NCBI GenBank assembly: GCA_963729895.1
Contig: CAVSQB010000028.1
Span: 96,001-160,000, forward strand
Direction: 5' to 3'
DNA length: 64,000 bases
From: an uncultured Fibrobacterota bacterium
GTDB taxonomy: Bacteria > Fibrobacterota > Chitinivibrionia > Chitinivibrionales > FEN-1185
Shown: one piece after another, positions 19,249 through 29,360 of the stretch
Numbering within the stretch: position 1 is the first letter of the stretch
How the letters are laid out: every line of letters begins with the position of its first letter
Notes under the pieces: model-generated
Database searches by the model: none
Seen by the model: the letters and a program-made list of their open reading frames with translations, nothing else
Told to the model about the DNA's origin: nothing
Made by a program: the position numbers and the translations under genes

Positions 19249-19384
19249 CACACGGAAGGCGTCTTCGTGAACAGGTGGCGGCGCCACTTGTATCGCTATG
19301 ACGGCGCGGCAGATTCGTTTGTCGCCCGCACCGGCGGCGCCTGGTGAGCGAAACACCGTTCCATAAAACCAGGGGAGAAATCGA

Positions 19385-19849
19385 ATGGCAAAGTGCCTGG
19401 GATGCGGGAATACGTTTTCGGTCTCCATTTTCGACTTGTCAAAAGATCAGTTGTGTCCCAACTGCAGCCGGGCCGCCAAAGTCAAGTCGAAGCACGAGGA
19501 TGATGAAAAACTGGTTGCAGAAGAGAAACAGGCGCAGCTGGAAAGCGAACTCACCTCCGGGCAGGTTCTCTTGTCCACGGGAGAGACGGACAGGCGCTAT
19601 CAGGTCATCGACGTTATCTTTGCGATTGACTCCGCGGACCAGAGTGCGCCCAACCGCCCCGCGGGCGTGGACCCCGGCGTCGTCTTCAACAAAGTGAAAA
19701 TGCAGTTGAGACGCCAGTGCAAGGCCCATGGCGGCGACGCCGTGATCCACTGCCGATTCTCCCATCGGGTCGCCGCCGGGGCCGATCTGCCCGGCGGGAA
19801 GCAGACGTTGGAGATATTTGCCTATGGAACCGCAGTAAAATTCGCGTAG
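19385..19849 (+). CDS. Heavy-metal-binding/YbjQ-like domain protein with N-terminal zinc ribbon
   Basis: CLGC...CPNC; C-terminal LRRQCKAHGGDAVIHCRF...IFAYGTAVKF; GGGGAG RBS. Confidence 0.8.
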   Translation: MAKCLGCGNTFSVSIFDLSKDQLCPNCSRAAKVKSKHEDDEKLVAEEKQAQLESELTSGQVLLSTGETDRRYQVIDVIFAIDSADQSAPNRPAGVDPGVVFNKVKMQLRRQCKAHGGDAVIHCRFSHRVAAGADLPGGKQTLEIFAYGTAVKFA

Positions 19850-19875
19850 AAATACAGCAAAGAAGGAGGTCTCCT

Positions 19876-20616
19876 ATGAAGATCCATCATGGTGCCGTGC
19901 GGACAATTGCCGTTTCAGCCGTTGCGGGAATCGCCGCTTTTCTGGCGGGTTGTGCGCAAGACAACATCAGCGATGAGTTCGCGCGCATCGCTTCGGAGGA
20001 AGTTTCGAACATGGACGCCAATTCGAGCGGCATGGTTACTCAGGGCGCAACGGCCAAACTCCAGGCCGCGGCCCCAGACACGGTAACCTATGACCTGACA
20101 ATTCATCCCTACTCGTGGGATTCCACAAATGATTGTTATGTGCGCACCGCCACACTTATCTGTTCGGACGGGTTTGAGCGGGTCCGCGTAGACACACTGA
20201 CCTTTTACGGCGCCGGGGGAAAACTCCGGTATCCCACCCTTGCCACCGTTGATTCAATCCATCACGTCCGCCACGTTAGTCGCGACAAGGGCGGCAACGA
20301 GCTGGACATCACCGTGGACATGCATTCCATTCTCAGTCTAATCGGGCAGGCAGGCAATTACACCCATGTGAAGAACGGCACCATCACCGGCACCTTTAAC
20401 GGCGAACCGACCGCCACCGGCGCGATCACCAACGTGACGCGTGATTACGTGAACGGCCAATGGGATTGGTTCCCGCGCAGCGGGAGCATTGTCGTCGATT
20501 TTCCTCACCGCACCTATGAGGTCGATTTTATCGGCATCGGCGAAGTCAGGTTGACAATTACAAACACGGTAACCGAAAAGACAAGGGTACTAACCATCGC
20601 CGTTGACCAGCAATAG
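19876..20616 (+). CDS. Hypothetical lipoprotein
   Basis: AAGGAGG RBS, ATG at 19876, lipobox LAGC, beta-rich mature domain. Confidence 0.8.
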   Translation: MKIHHGAVRTIAVSAVAGIAAFLAGCAQDNISDEFARIASEEVSNMDANSSGMVTQGATAKLQAAAPDTVTYDLTIHPYSWDSTNDCYVRTATLICSDGFERVRVDTLTFYGAGGKLRYPTLATVDSIHHVRHVSRDKGGNELDITVDMHSILSLIGQAGNYTHVKNGTITGTFNGEPTATGAITNVTRDYVNGQWDWFPRSGSIVVDFPHRTYEVDFIGIGEVRLTITNTVTEKTRVLTIAVDQQ

Positions 20617-20673
20617 TCATGCAGCTGGACGGCCCGGTGATCAAACAACAATGCAGTACAGGGAAATAACGCC

Positions 20674-21504
20674 GTGAAGAAGTTCGCGCTTTTGCTATGT
20701 GCGGTCCTCGGAATTTTCAACTGTGTCAAGAACCATCAGGCCGTGACGGCGCCGGCAACGGTTACGCCCGTGGGCATGAAACTGATTTCCGCGGCAGGCA
20801 GAAGTTTTCAGATGGGGGAAGTCGGCATTGCCGAGCCAGTCCACACGGTATCGTTTACGCAGGATTTTTATATGGACAGCACCGAGGTGACGCAGGCTGA
20901 GTACGAACGGGTGACGGGAGAAAATCCGTCGAACTTTACCGGCGATTCCACAAACCCGGTTGAACAGGTGACCTGGTTTGCTGCGGTGCTGTACTGCAAC
21001 GCGAGGAGCAAGCTCGAAGGGAGAGACACCGTGTATACCTACACGGCGGTCGATCTGTCGGGCAGCTCATGTGACGGTCTTGCCGGCATTTCGGCCGCCA
21101 TGTTGACAAAGGGTTACCGTCTGCCCGCGGAGGCGGAGTGGGAATATGCTTGCAGGGCGGGGACAGCCACCGAGTACTACTGGGGAGACAGCATCGACGG
21201 GAATTACTGCTGGTATTACGCCAACGGCGGCGATTCCACCCATCCTGTCGCGCAGAAATTGCCGAATGCGTGGGGATTGTATGATATGAGCGGAAACGTT
21301 GCGGAATGGTGCCACGACTGGTACGAAGGGTATTCGGCAGGTGCGGCAACCGACCCGACCGGGCCGTCAACGGGCACAGGCCGCGTTGTGCGCGGAGGGG
21401 CATGGAACAACGTCAACGATTCCTACAGTTCCGCATACCGCGGCGCCAACGACCCGACCACGGGCTACGGCAACCTCGGGTTTCGAGCCGTTTTGCCGTG
21501 GTGA
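20674..21504 (+). CDS. Formylglycine-generating enzyme (FGE-sulfatase/SUMF1) domain protein, probable lipoprotein
   Basis: TEVTQAEY, PVEQVTW, YRLPAEAEWEYACRAG, PNAWGLYDMSGNVAEW, RVVRGGAW, LGFR. Confidence 0.93.
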   Translation: MKKFALLLCAVLGIFNCVKNHQAVTAPATVTPVGMKLISAAGRSFQMGEVGIAEPVHTVSFTQDFYMDSTEVTQAEYERVTGENPSNFTGDSTNPVEQVTWFAAVLYCNARSKLEGRDTVYTYTAVDLSGSSCDGLAGISAAMLTKGYRLPAEAEWEYACRAGTATEYYWGDSIDGNYCWYYANGGDSTHPVAQKLPNAWGLYDMSGNVAEWCHDWYEGYSAGAATDPTGPSTGTGRVVRGGAWNNVNDSYSSAYRGANDPTTGYGNLGFRAVLPW

Positions 21505-21507
21505 GGA

Positions 21508-22596
21508 TTAATAGCCGGCAAACAGCCTTCCCCATTCCGTATTCATAAATTTCTTCACCCGGTTCCTGCCGATCAAGGGATACCAGAGAAAATCGTGGTA
21601 CAGGGTCGACGCCAGCGGAGCCCATACGACAAGCGGCGAGTGGAGCATCGGTTTTTCCAGAAAACGCAACGGTCCTCGGCGAAGCATCTGGTCTCCCCAG
21701 ATGACAAAACTCCGCCGAGTGCCAAACCCGAGATTGTCTTTTGAAATATCATCCCCCGTGCGGTCGATCTTTTTCAAATCACCCACGCCCAGGCCGCGTT
21801 CATGGCACATCCGGATGTACGGGATATTTAAAGGGTCAAAGCCCATGAGCGATGCCGCAACCGCATCAAGCGCAACGCAATCCCCGCTTGCCAGAATATA
21901 GTTGCCGATCACCGGGACCATGGTTCGGGGCCCGGCGCCGTTGCCGCATACCGTTCCGTCCATGACGGCGAACATTCCCGGATGAAGTTCTTTCTGCATG
22001 ATCATAAGGTCCACGAGGACTTCATGGATGTATTTGTGCGCATAGTGCCGTATTTCCTTGAGAAGGCCGCCGAACGCGTTCTTGACCGCGCCGGTGGTGA
22101 TCGAATGTCCGTGGGTCTTTACCGTCGGAAGATGAAAGACGTTCTTGCCTATCAGGAGCTTGGGGATTTCAATACCTTCGGGAAAGATCCGGTCGAGCCT
22201 GAGGAGTTTCCCGCCAAAATCGTAGTGTGTCCATCCCTGTTCGGTAAGCGGGAAGAACCGCAGGCCGTATCGTTCCAGCACCGGCAGCCATTTGTTGCTT
22301 CGCGCGCCTTTCCACGGATCGGTAACGACCGTCCTGTTTTCCACCGCAAACAAGGAACTGCGGTCGAACCCGTCGTTGAGGAGCGTCTTGACCGTTCCTT
22401 CAACCTGCCATGGCTGGGAGGAGCAGGCGGGAAAATATTTTGTCCACGACAAATTCAGTTTTATCACCGTGTCGTTACTTTTGGAAATAAAGCTCCGGTA
22501 ATCCGCAAGGTCCATCAATTTCTTGTAATCGTCGATCACCGTGCGCGGCGATGTCCTGAGAACCGCAACCACGGCGCGTCCCGAGTTATTTGACAT
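21508..22596 (-). CDS. DUF362 domain protein
   Basis: VIKLNLSW, LPTVKTHGHSITTGAVKNAFG, AVMDGTVCGNGAGP, ALDAVAA. Confidence 0.88.
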   Translation of the reverse strand: MSNNSGRAVVAVLRTSPRTVIDDYKKLMDLADYRSFISKSNDTVIKLNLSWTKYFPACSSQPWQVEGTVKTLLNDGFDRSSLFAVENRTVVTDPWKGARSNKWLPVLERYGLRFFPLTEQGWTHYDFGGKLLRLDRIFPEGIEIPKLLIGKNVFHLPTVKTHGHSITTGAVKNAFGGLLKEIRHYAHKYIHEVLVDLMIMQKELHPGMFAVMDGTVCGNGAGPRTMVPVIGNYILASGDCVALDAVAASLMGFDPLNIPYIRMCHERGLGVGDLKKIDRTGDDISKDNLGFGTRRSFVIWGDQMLRRGPLRFLEKPMLHSPLVVWAPLASTLYHDFLWYPLIGRNRVKKFMNTEWGRLFAGY

Positions 22597-23467
22597 ACAG
22601 TATTATCCCTGTTGTTGCGAGCCACAAAAGGATATTGACGTACAGCGGCTTGTCGGTGATGAGAATGCTTTCGGGGTTGCCGCCTTCCTGCTTCTTCTGG
22701 ATAAGGTACAAATATCTGAAAATGCCGTACAGGACGAATGGTACCGTAAACAGAAGGTTCTGGGTATGGAATTTTACCTTCGTGCTCTCCGACACCGTAT
22801 ATAAGGCATAGGTGATCACCGTGGCCGCGGCAACCACGGATATCATCTGGTCGAGCAAGCCGATGCTGTATTCATTCAGCACTTTTCTGTGATGCGCGGC
22901 CCCTTGCGTGTCCAGCAGAAACTCGTGCCTGCGCTTTCCCAAGGCGAGAAAAAGGGACAGAAGCAACGTGCAGATGAGGATCCATGAGGAGATTTCAACA
23001 TGAATAACGAATGCGCCTGCTGCGACCCTCAGCACGAAAAGGACCGCAATGACAAAAACGTCGACGATGACGATTTTCTTGAGTACGAGCGAATAACAGA
23101 TCTGAATGACGAAAGCTGCGGCACAGACGAAAAAAAACTCGCGTCCTAGTGCACATGCTCCTGCAAGCGAGACGACCGCGCATGCGGCAATCAGAACGGT
23201 CGACGGGCCGGTCCCGATTTTTCCCGAAGCGATAGGGCGCCTCGATTTGACCGGATGCGACCTGTCGTTTTCCCTGTCGCAGAGATCGTTAAATACATAG
23301 GATGCGCCTGACAACAGGCAATACACCAGAAATGCCGCGGACGTCAGTAGAAGCAACCGGGGGTGAAAAAGACTCTGAGAAAAGAAAAGAGCCGCGAACA
23401 GGAACAAATTCTTGGTCCAGTGCGACGGCCGCAGCGAAATAATGTAATCGGAAATTCCGGAATTCAC
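22586..23467 (-). CDS. UbiA-family decaprenyl-phosphate phosphoribosyltransferase-like protein
   Basis: LRPSHWTKN, YVFNDLCDRENDRSHPVKSRRPIASG, LALGKRRHE. Confidence 0.92.
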   Translation of the reverse strand: MNSGISDYIISLRPSHWTKNLFLFAALFFSQSLFHPRLLLLTSAAFLVYCLLSGASYVFNDLCDRENDRSHPVKSRRPIASGKIGTGPSTVLIAACAVVSLAGACALGREFFFVCAAAFVIQICYSLVLKKIVIVDVFVIAVLFVLRVAAGAFVIHVEISSWILICTLLLSLFLALGKRRHEFLLDTQGAAHHRKVLNEYSIGLLDQMISVVAAATVITYALYTVSESTKVKFHTQNLLFTVPFVLYGIFRYLYLIQKKQEGGNPESILITDKPLYVNILLWLATTGIILYVK

Positions 23468-23552
23468 CGCATTCTCTCTTTATGCGAAGTGACGGTGGAG
23501 GCGACAAAATATGTTTCGGCCCCAAGCAGTATCTTACGGCGGAAACGCGCCG

Positions 23553-24488
23553 CTACCTCCCCTTCTCCTCGTCCAGATACTTTAACTCCCTGTACAATGT
23601 TTCCGTGAGCGGCATCTTCGCCCCGGCTTTGAGCGCGGCTCGCAGCGGGTTCCCGAAGATCGATTCCACTTCCATGGGACGCTTCTCGTCGAAATCGATT
23701 TTCATGCTGGTGCGGTACGGCGGCATCACGTCGGTGTACGACAGCATCTCGTTGATAAACGATTCCTCAATGAGGTGGCCGCAGGCACGTGCGCCTGCGG
23801 CCACCTCCGCCATGAGGTCGGCGGCAAGCCTGCGTGAATGGGGATTCCTGTTGAGAGCGTCGGTTGATGCCGACAGCACCACCGAAAGGCCGCTGTACGG
23901 CACGTTCCACACGAGCTTCTTCCAGCGCGCGGTGCCGAGGTCCGGCTCGGTCTTCGCCGTTATTCCTGCCTTTGCAAAGTCGGCGGCGATTTCCCTGACC
24001 AGCGAGGTGATGCCGGCAGGCGAGCCGTCTTTGGTGTACTGGGCAATGGTGACACGGCCGAAATCGAGATGGTAAAGGTGTCCCGGCCCCACTTTGTTCA
24101 CACACACGAAACAGAGAACGCCGAGCACGCGGTCCGGCCCCACGATCTGCGCGACATTCTCTTCGTAGCCGATGCCGTTCTGCATCACGAGCGTCGCGCC
24201 GTCTTCCTTGACAATTGCAGGAAGTATGCGGGCCAGATCGTAGTTTGCCGTGGTCTTAAGGGTGATTGCAACCACGTCGCACTTCGGCATGCTGCGCGCG
24301 TCGTTGTACACGTGTACATGCGGCACTGCGAAATCGCCGTCTTTTGAGTCCACAACAAGGCCGTGGTCGCGGATGTGTTCGTAATCGCTGCGAGCAAGAA
24401 AATGAACATCGAAGCCTGCGCGCGAAAGCAAGGCGCCGTAGAAACCGCCCACAGCGCCGGTACCGATAATTGCGTAGGTTCTGCTCAC
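23553..24488 (-). CDS. panE: 2-dehydropantoate 2-reductase
   Basis: IIGTGAVGGFYG, QNGIG, RWKKLVWN, TSMKID, EVESIFG. Confidence 0.92.
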   Translation of the reverse strand: MSRTYAIIGTGAVGGFYGALLSRAGFDVHFLARSDYEHIRDHGLVVDSKDGDFAVPHVHVYNDARSMPKCDVVAITLKTTANYDLARILPAIVKEDGATLVMQNGIGYEENVAQIVGPDRVLGVLCFVCVNKVGPGHLYHLDFGRVTIAQYTKDGSPAGITSLVREIAADFAKAGITAKTEPDLGTARWKKLVWNVPYSGLSVVLSASTDALNRNPHSRRLAADLMAEVAAGARACGHLIEESFINEMLSYTDVMPPYRTSMKIDFDEKRPMEVESIFGNPLRAALKAGAKMPLTETLYRELKYLDEEKGR

Positions 24489-24518
24489 GCTGACGGCAAC
24501 GGGGGAAGCGCGGTTGCG

Positions 24519-26033
24519 CTACTCCGGATTCGCAAGCGGCGGCTGCCGCAGCTTGATGGAGATAAGTTCCGGGTGCTTGTAATGAACAATTGAAAGGAGC
24601 CCCACAAAGAGGAAACCGGACGAATACAAAACCAGGAACGGACTCACCAGCGCGTTGGAGAACCCGATAAAAACCCACAGGCCGGTGAGGCAGTAAAGGC
24701 CGAAAAAGAGCTCGATGATCCACGTGATGTCTTTGAGCGGTTTGTAGGACGTCTTTGACGCCTGTCCCTTCTTGGGAGTGCGAAGAAAATCGGAATCTTT
24801 GCGGAACAATGCCTCAAGCACCGCCTTTGCGTTGTTGACCGCCAGTCCGGTCCCGATAAGCATCATTGCCGGAACAAGCAGAATTTTTCGCCGGACCTTG
24901 TTACCAAGATAATGCTGCGAGATCATGTACATGCTGGCCGGGCCGCTTGTGGCCAGCACCATGGCGCAGATCACGCACGCCAGCAGAACCGGGTGCATAT
25001 AAACCTTGACAAAAAACAGGACCGGCGTGGTAAGGAACGCGAGCATCAGCATGAGCGGGTGCACGGTGTAATGCGTGAGGTGAAGGATGGCCTGGAAAAA
25101 TTTGAACAGGGGAAGCTTCTTTGCGCGAAGCATCGGAACAATTTTGAGGGCCGTTTGAATGGACCCTTTTGCCCACCTGAACTGCTGGTTCTTGAATGCA
25201 TTGATGTCTTCCGGGAGTTCGGCGGGGACTTCGAGGTCCGGCACGTATTCGGTTTCCCAGTCCTTCAGCTGCATGCGATAGGAAAGGTCCATGTCTTCGG
25301 TAAGGGTGTCGTGGTGCCATCCGCCGCTCGATTCGATCGCCTCGCGGCGGAACACGCCGGCAGTGCCGTTGAAATTCATGAACAATCCGTTCCAGCTCCG
25401 CGCCGCCTGTTCAACCATGAAGTGTCCGTCTATTCCCATGGCCTGGCCGCGTGTGATAAGGGACGCGCTGCTATTCAGGTGCGCCCACCGTCCCTGGACA
25501 AGGCCCAGTTTCGGCCTGTTGATAAAGAAGCATATTGATTTCTTGAGAAAATCCGGATGCGGCACAAAGTCTGCGTCGAAGATGGCGACAAATTCGGCAT
25601 TGGTGAAATTGAGGCCGTACTGCAAAGCTCCCGCCTTGAAACCCGTGCGGTTGGGCCGGCGCACTACGGAAATGTTGTGGCCTTTCTTCCTCAGGTCTTC
25701 CACCGTTTTGTCGACAAGGGCGAGCGTTTCGTCGGAACTGTCGTCGAGCACCTGTATCTCGTGCCTGGAAACAGGGTAGTCCATGGCTGCGGCGGCCTCA
25801 ATGATACGTTTGGCAACGGTCTTTTCATTATACATTGGAAGCTGGGTGACGACGAGAGGGTATTGCTTTTCGTCTGTTACGTTATCGAAATAGACCATGG
25901 TCTTGCGCTGAAAGCTGAGCCGTGAGTTTCGTTTCTTGAGGTAGAGATAGGTCAGGATGTAACACTGCGCGCCGTAGGCCAGCAATGCAATGGAGCACAG
26001 GACGTAAAGCGAACACACGATGACTGGAATCAT
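24519..26033 (-). CDS. Glycosyltransferase family 2 (cellulose-synthase-like, membrane-bound)
   Basis: QLPMYNE, VLDDSSD, FKAGAL, FDADF, TLTED, QQFRW (QxxRW), C-terminal TM helices. Confidence 0.93.
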   Translation of the reverse strand: MIPVIVCSLYVLCSIALLAYGAQCYILTYLYLKKRNSRLSFQRKTMVYFDNVTDEKQYPLVVTQLPMYNEKTVAKRIIEAAAAMDYPVSRHEIQVLDDSSDETLALVDKTVEDLRKKGHNISVVRRPNRTGFKAGALQYGLNFTNAEFVAIFDADFVPHPDFLKKSICFFINRPKLGLVQGRWAHLNSSASLITRGQAMGIDGHFMVEQAARSWNGLFMNFNGTAGVFRREAIESSGGWHHDTLTEDMDLSYRMQLKDWETEYVPDLEVPAELPEDINAFKNQQFRWAKGSIQTALKIVPMLRAKKLPLFKFFQAILHLTHYTVHPLMLMLAFLTTPVLFFVKVYMHPVLLACVICAMVLATSGPASMYMISQHYLGNKVRRKILLVPAMMLIGTGLAVNNAKAVLEALFRKDSDFLRTPKKGQASKTSYKPLKDITWIIELFFGLYCLTGLWVFIGFSNALVSPFLVLYSSGFLFVGLLSIVHYKHPELISIKLRQPPLANPE

Positions 26034-26140
26034 AGAATTCTACCCGTTTTGAAAGAGTAAGAAAGTGAGGCTGTCCTCATGACATCCCTGTGCTCTTGTG
26101 GGCGGCACAAGAAATTTAACAGGGAAGTAATATAATATAT

Positions 26141-27041
26141 GGTAATTATAAAGGATCTTGCACCAAATTAGTGATCATTTTGACAAGTTTTTCAAAGAAA
26201 TTTTCATGACGATGATTGTACCGAAAAGCCATTTCGTTCAGATACCCTGGAAAGTATTCTTTGGAGACTCCATGGAACTTTGCAAGACGTTCCTTAGCAT
26301 AGCTCCAGAAGCCTTCCAAACCGTTAATATAAACTTTGCCTGTGGCAAATCTTTTCCCATGGTCGACTCTCAAATGCCGATAACCGCAGAACATCAGGGC
26401 GTCATAGCCGCGGAATTTGTCAGTGTAAATGATGGAGCCTCGTCTGACCATTTTCACAGTCTCAGTCAACAGGCTTTCGGCAGTGACGTTTTTTACTACT
26501 GTCACCTTCACTTTTCCGTGTCTCTCCAGGATACCAAAGACGGGAACCTTTCCGGCAGCACCCCGGCCACGTTTACCTTTACGCCTGCCGCCGAAGTAGG
26601 ATTCATCGAGCTCAACCTCTCCAGAGAGCCAGAAATCGCTTTCAGCGACCATCAAGGCCCTTCGGATGAGATTACACATCCGCAAGACCGTGGGATAGCT
26701 CAAACCGATCTGAGTTGCTATCCTGCGTGCTGAGACTTCCAGTTCAAAGAGCTTAATGATCCACAGCAGCTTTTTCAGAGGGACGCGGCACTGACCAATC
26801 CACCGATTCGAGAAGTCATGAAAGGTATTTCCGCATCGTTTGCACCTGAACTTTTTACCTTTTAAACGATAGATTTTATGGCTGTTACAATTGATGCAGA
26901 AAACATGGCCATTTTTCCAACAGAACTTTCTGAGGAACAATTTTGCCCTGTTTTCAGTTTTCCCTATGAATTCAAAGGTTTCTAATTGACTAAAGCCCAT
27001 ATGCACAAGATAATTCCTGTGCAAGATGTTTTATAATCACC
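26141..27041 (-). mobile_element. IS1595-family insertion sequence, 901 bp, 23-bp imperfect TIRs, 8-bp TSD TAATATAT
   Basis: Left end GGTAATTATAAAGGATCTTGCAC; right end (reverse complement) GGTGATTATAAAACATCTTGCAC; TAATATAT at 26133-26140 and 27042-27049; visibly lower GC than the host. Confidence 0.95.
26146..27000 (-). CDS. IS1595-family DDE transposase
   Basis: Zn ribbon CINC..CKRC, HTH, VELDESYFGG, KRGRGAAGK, IIYTD, INGLEGFWS. ATG at 27000 preferred because the TTG at 27024 lies in the TIR. Confidence 0.93.
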   Translation of the reverse strand: MGFSQLETFEFIGKTENRAKLFLRKFCWKNGHVFCINCNSHKIYRLKGKKFRCKRCGNTFHDFSNRWIGQCRVPLKKLLWIIKLFELEVSARRIATQIGLSYPTVLRMCNLIRRALMVAESDFWLSGEVELDESYFGGRRKGKRGRGAAGKVPVFGILERHGKVKVTVVKNVTAESLLTETVKMVRRGSIIYTDKFRGYDALMFCGYRHLRVDHGKRFATGKVYINGLEGFWSYAKERLAKFHGVSKEYFPGYLNEMAFRYNHRHENFFEKLVKMITNLVQDPL

Positions 27042-27130
27042 TAATATATTGATATTTCGAGTCCAAAAAGAGAAAGCAACATTAAAATAAATTGAAAGGA
27101 TAGACAAGCCAATTAAAAAATTGGTGCTTG

Positions 27131-29170
27131 TTACCGGGGCGCAGGCCTGCCGGAGCGCTCGAACAGTTCCTCGATATCGTTCTGGATTTCGCAGAACAGT
27201 CTTGCATCTCGCAACATGTCGGCCAGCCTGAGATCTTCCCACCCGCTCTGGCGGAACCCGCTCACTTCTCCGGGGCCGCGCATGAGAAGATCTTGTTCCG
27301 CAATTTCGAATCCGTTGTGGTGAGAACAAAAGTACGCAAGCCGCTTGTGCGCGGGCGAGTCCGGCAAGGCATTTGCCAGGAGAAAACAGTATGACTTCTT
27401 TGACGATCTGCCCACTCTTCCGCGAATCTGGTGCAGCTGCGACAATCCGAACCGATCCGCATTTTCCACCACGAGTACGGTTGCACCGGGCACGTCTATT
27501 CCCACTTCCACGATGGTTGTGGACACGAGCACCTGGATTCCGCCGGCAGCGAACTTCTTCATGATCTTTTCGCGCTCGGCCGGGTCCGAACCGCCATGAA
27601 CAAACGCCACCTCCACGGATGCGAACGGCCCGTTGCGAAGAGAGTCGAATACGCTGTGGACGTCCTTGAGTTCTTCGCCGTCGTCCGCATCATCGTCCTT
27701 TTCGACACGAGGCGCCACATAGAACACCTGGCCGTTGTTCTTCCGTATTTCCTCAAGAATGAATTGTTCCATGCCGGCCCGCTTGTTTTCTGGGACACAA
27801 TGGGTGCTCACCGGCCGGCGCCCAGAGAGCGTCGACCGGATCGAAACGACGTCGAGGTCGCCGTACAGCGTTTTGGCGAGCGTCTGTGGAATCGGCGTTG
27901 CCGACATGACCAGCAGGTCGGCGGCCGGGTCCTTTTCAGCGAGCCGCAGGCGCTGCTCCGCGCCGAACTTGTGCTGTTCGTCAATGACAATCATGCCGAG
28001 CTTCGAAAACTTTACCCAGGGCGACAGCAGACTGTGGGTTCCCACGAGGAATTTGAGGCTTCCGTCCGACAAGCCGCCGGCGATGCGCCTGCGGTCCTGT
28101 GGCAGGCTTTGCCCCAGAACCAGGTCGTGGCGTATGTCAAGCCTGGACAGCCAGGCGGAGAGCGTGGCATAGGCCTGGCGGGCGAGGATCTCGGTGGGGA
28201 CAAGCCACGCCGCCTGCATTCCCTGGTTGAGGGCGGGAAGGCAGGAAAGAAACGCCACCACGGTCTTGCCCGAGCCGACATCGCCCTGCAGGAGGCGGTG
28301 CATGCGGCCGCTCCTCTGCGCATCGGCGTGAAGCACCGACACCGCTTCTTCCTGCTCTGCGGTAAGCGTGAAAGGAAACAGGGCACGGGCCTTCTCAAGC
28401 AGGGGCCCGGGCGCCATGGACCGGCCGGGCAGGGCGAATTTTCGTTTGCTCCACCGGAGCGTGACCGCGAGCCGGTAAAGCTCTTCGTACACAAGCCGCG
28501 CACGGTACGCGTCGAGCCGGTTGGGGTGAGACGGCAGGTGCATCTCGCGGATGCACTTGTCAAGAGGCGGGAACCCGCGTTTGTCCTCGATTGAGCGCGG
28601 GAGCACCTGCGGATAGTGCTGGATATTGTCAAGCGCCCACGCGATTGTCTTCCGCAGCACTTTCTGAAGCATGCCGGCCTCTTTCATGCCGAGCGTCAAG
28701 GGGTATACGGGCAGAAAGAGAATGTCGGGTGCGGTGGCGCCCTCGGCGACCCGCTCGACGGCCGGGTGCACCATGTGCACGCCGGTATGGTACGACACTG
28801 TACCGGTGCACAGCACGCGGAGGCCGGGGGTAAGGGTCTTGCGAAAAAAGGCGACGCCCGCGAACCACAACGCCTCCATGGTCCCGGTTGAATCGGAAAG
28901 CTGTATGCGCAGCCGGGGCCGGCGTCCGCGCTCGACCCGGGCCCTGGTGATGGTGGCCAGCACATTTACTGTGGAACCTATCCTGCCGCCGCAATCTGCA
29001 ATGGGCGTCACCATCGAACGGTCGATGTAGCGGCGCGGGAAGTGGTGAAGGAGGTCGCCCAGGGTGAAGATGCCCGATTCGTTGAGCGCCAGGACGCGCT
29101 TTTCGCCAAGGCCGGGAACAAGGCCCACGGGCGAAAGAAAGTCGAGGCGGTTGTCGATAGATCGCGTCAT
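27131..29170 (-). CDS. recG: ATP-dependent DNA helicase RecG
   Basis: LLHHFPRRY, RLLQGDVGSGKT, IDEQHKFG, SATPIP, HQIRGRVGR, DLLMRGPGE. Confidence 0.97.
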   Translation of the reverse strand: MTRSIDNRLDFLSPVGLVPGLGEKRVLALNESGIFTLGDLLHHFPRRYIDRSMVTPIADCGGRIGSTVNVLATITRARVERGRRPRLRIQLSDSTGTMEALWFAGVAFFRKTLTPGLRVLCTGTVSYHTGVHMVHPAVERVAEGATAPDILFLPVYPLTLGMKEAGMLQKVLRKTIAWALDNIQHYPQVLPRSIEDKRGFPPLDKCIREMHLPSHPNRLDAYRARLVYEELYRLAVTLRWSKRKFALPGRSMAPGPLLEKARALFPFTLTAEQEEAVSVLHADAQRSGRMHRLLQGDVGSGKTVVAFLSCLPALNQGMQAAWLVPTEILARQAYATLSAWLSRLDIRHDLVLGQSLPQDRRRIAGGLSDGSLKFLVGTHSLLSPWVKFSKLGMIVIDEQHKFGAEQRLRLAEKDPAADLLVMSATPIPQTLAKTLYGDLDVVSIRSTLSGRRPVSTHCVPENKRAGMEQFILEEIRKNNGQVFYVAPRVEKDDDADDGEELKDVHSVFDSLRNGPFASVEVAFVHGGSDPAEREKIMKKFAAGGIQVLVSTTIVEVGIDVPGATVLVVENADRFGLSQLHQIRGRVGRSSKKSYCFLLANALPDSPAHKRLAYFCSHHNGFEIAEQDLLMRGPGEVSGFRQSGWEDLRLADMLRDARLFCEIQNDIEELFERSGRPAPR

Positions 29171-29360
29171 GGTTCAACTTCAAAAATAAATCACCCCGCC
29201 AAACTAATTACTACTGGTACGATTAGGAGGTTAAAAGAAAGCCCGAGGAGTATATTTAGGGCAGCCTCACGGGTTGCCATTACGCTATTGCGAGAAGCGA
29301 AACGACGCGGCAATCGCCCGGGAACGATTCCGGTGAGGGGAAGGATATGCCTCGATTGCA

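Noticed and set aside
21370..21504. FGE-sulfatase C-terminus as a diversity-generating retroelement variable region
   Set aside because: The fold suits a DGR target and has some AAC codons, but no template repeat or reverse transcriptase is in the window; a remote DGR cannot be excluded
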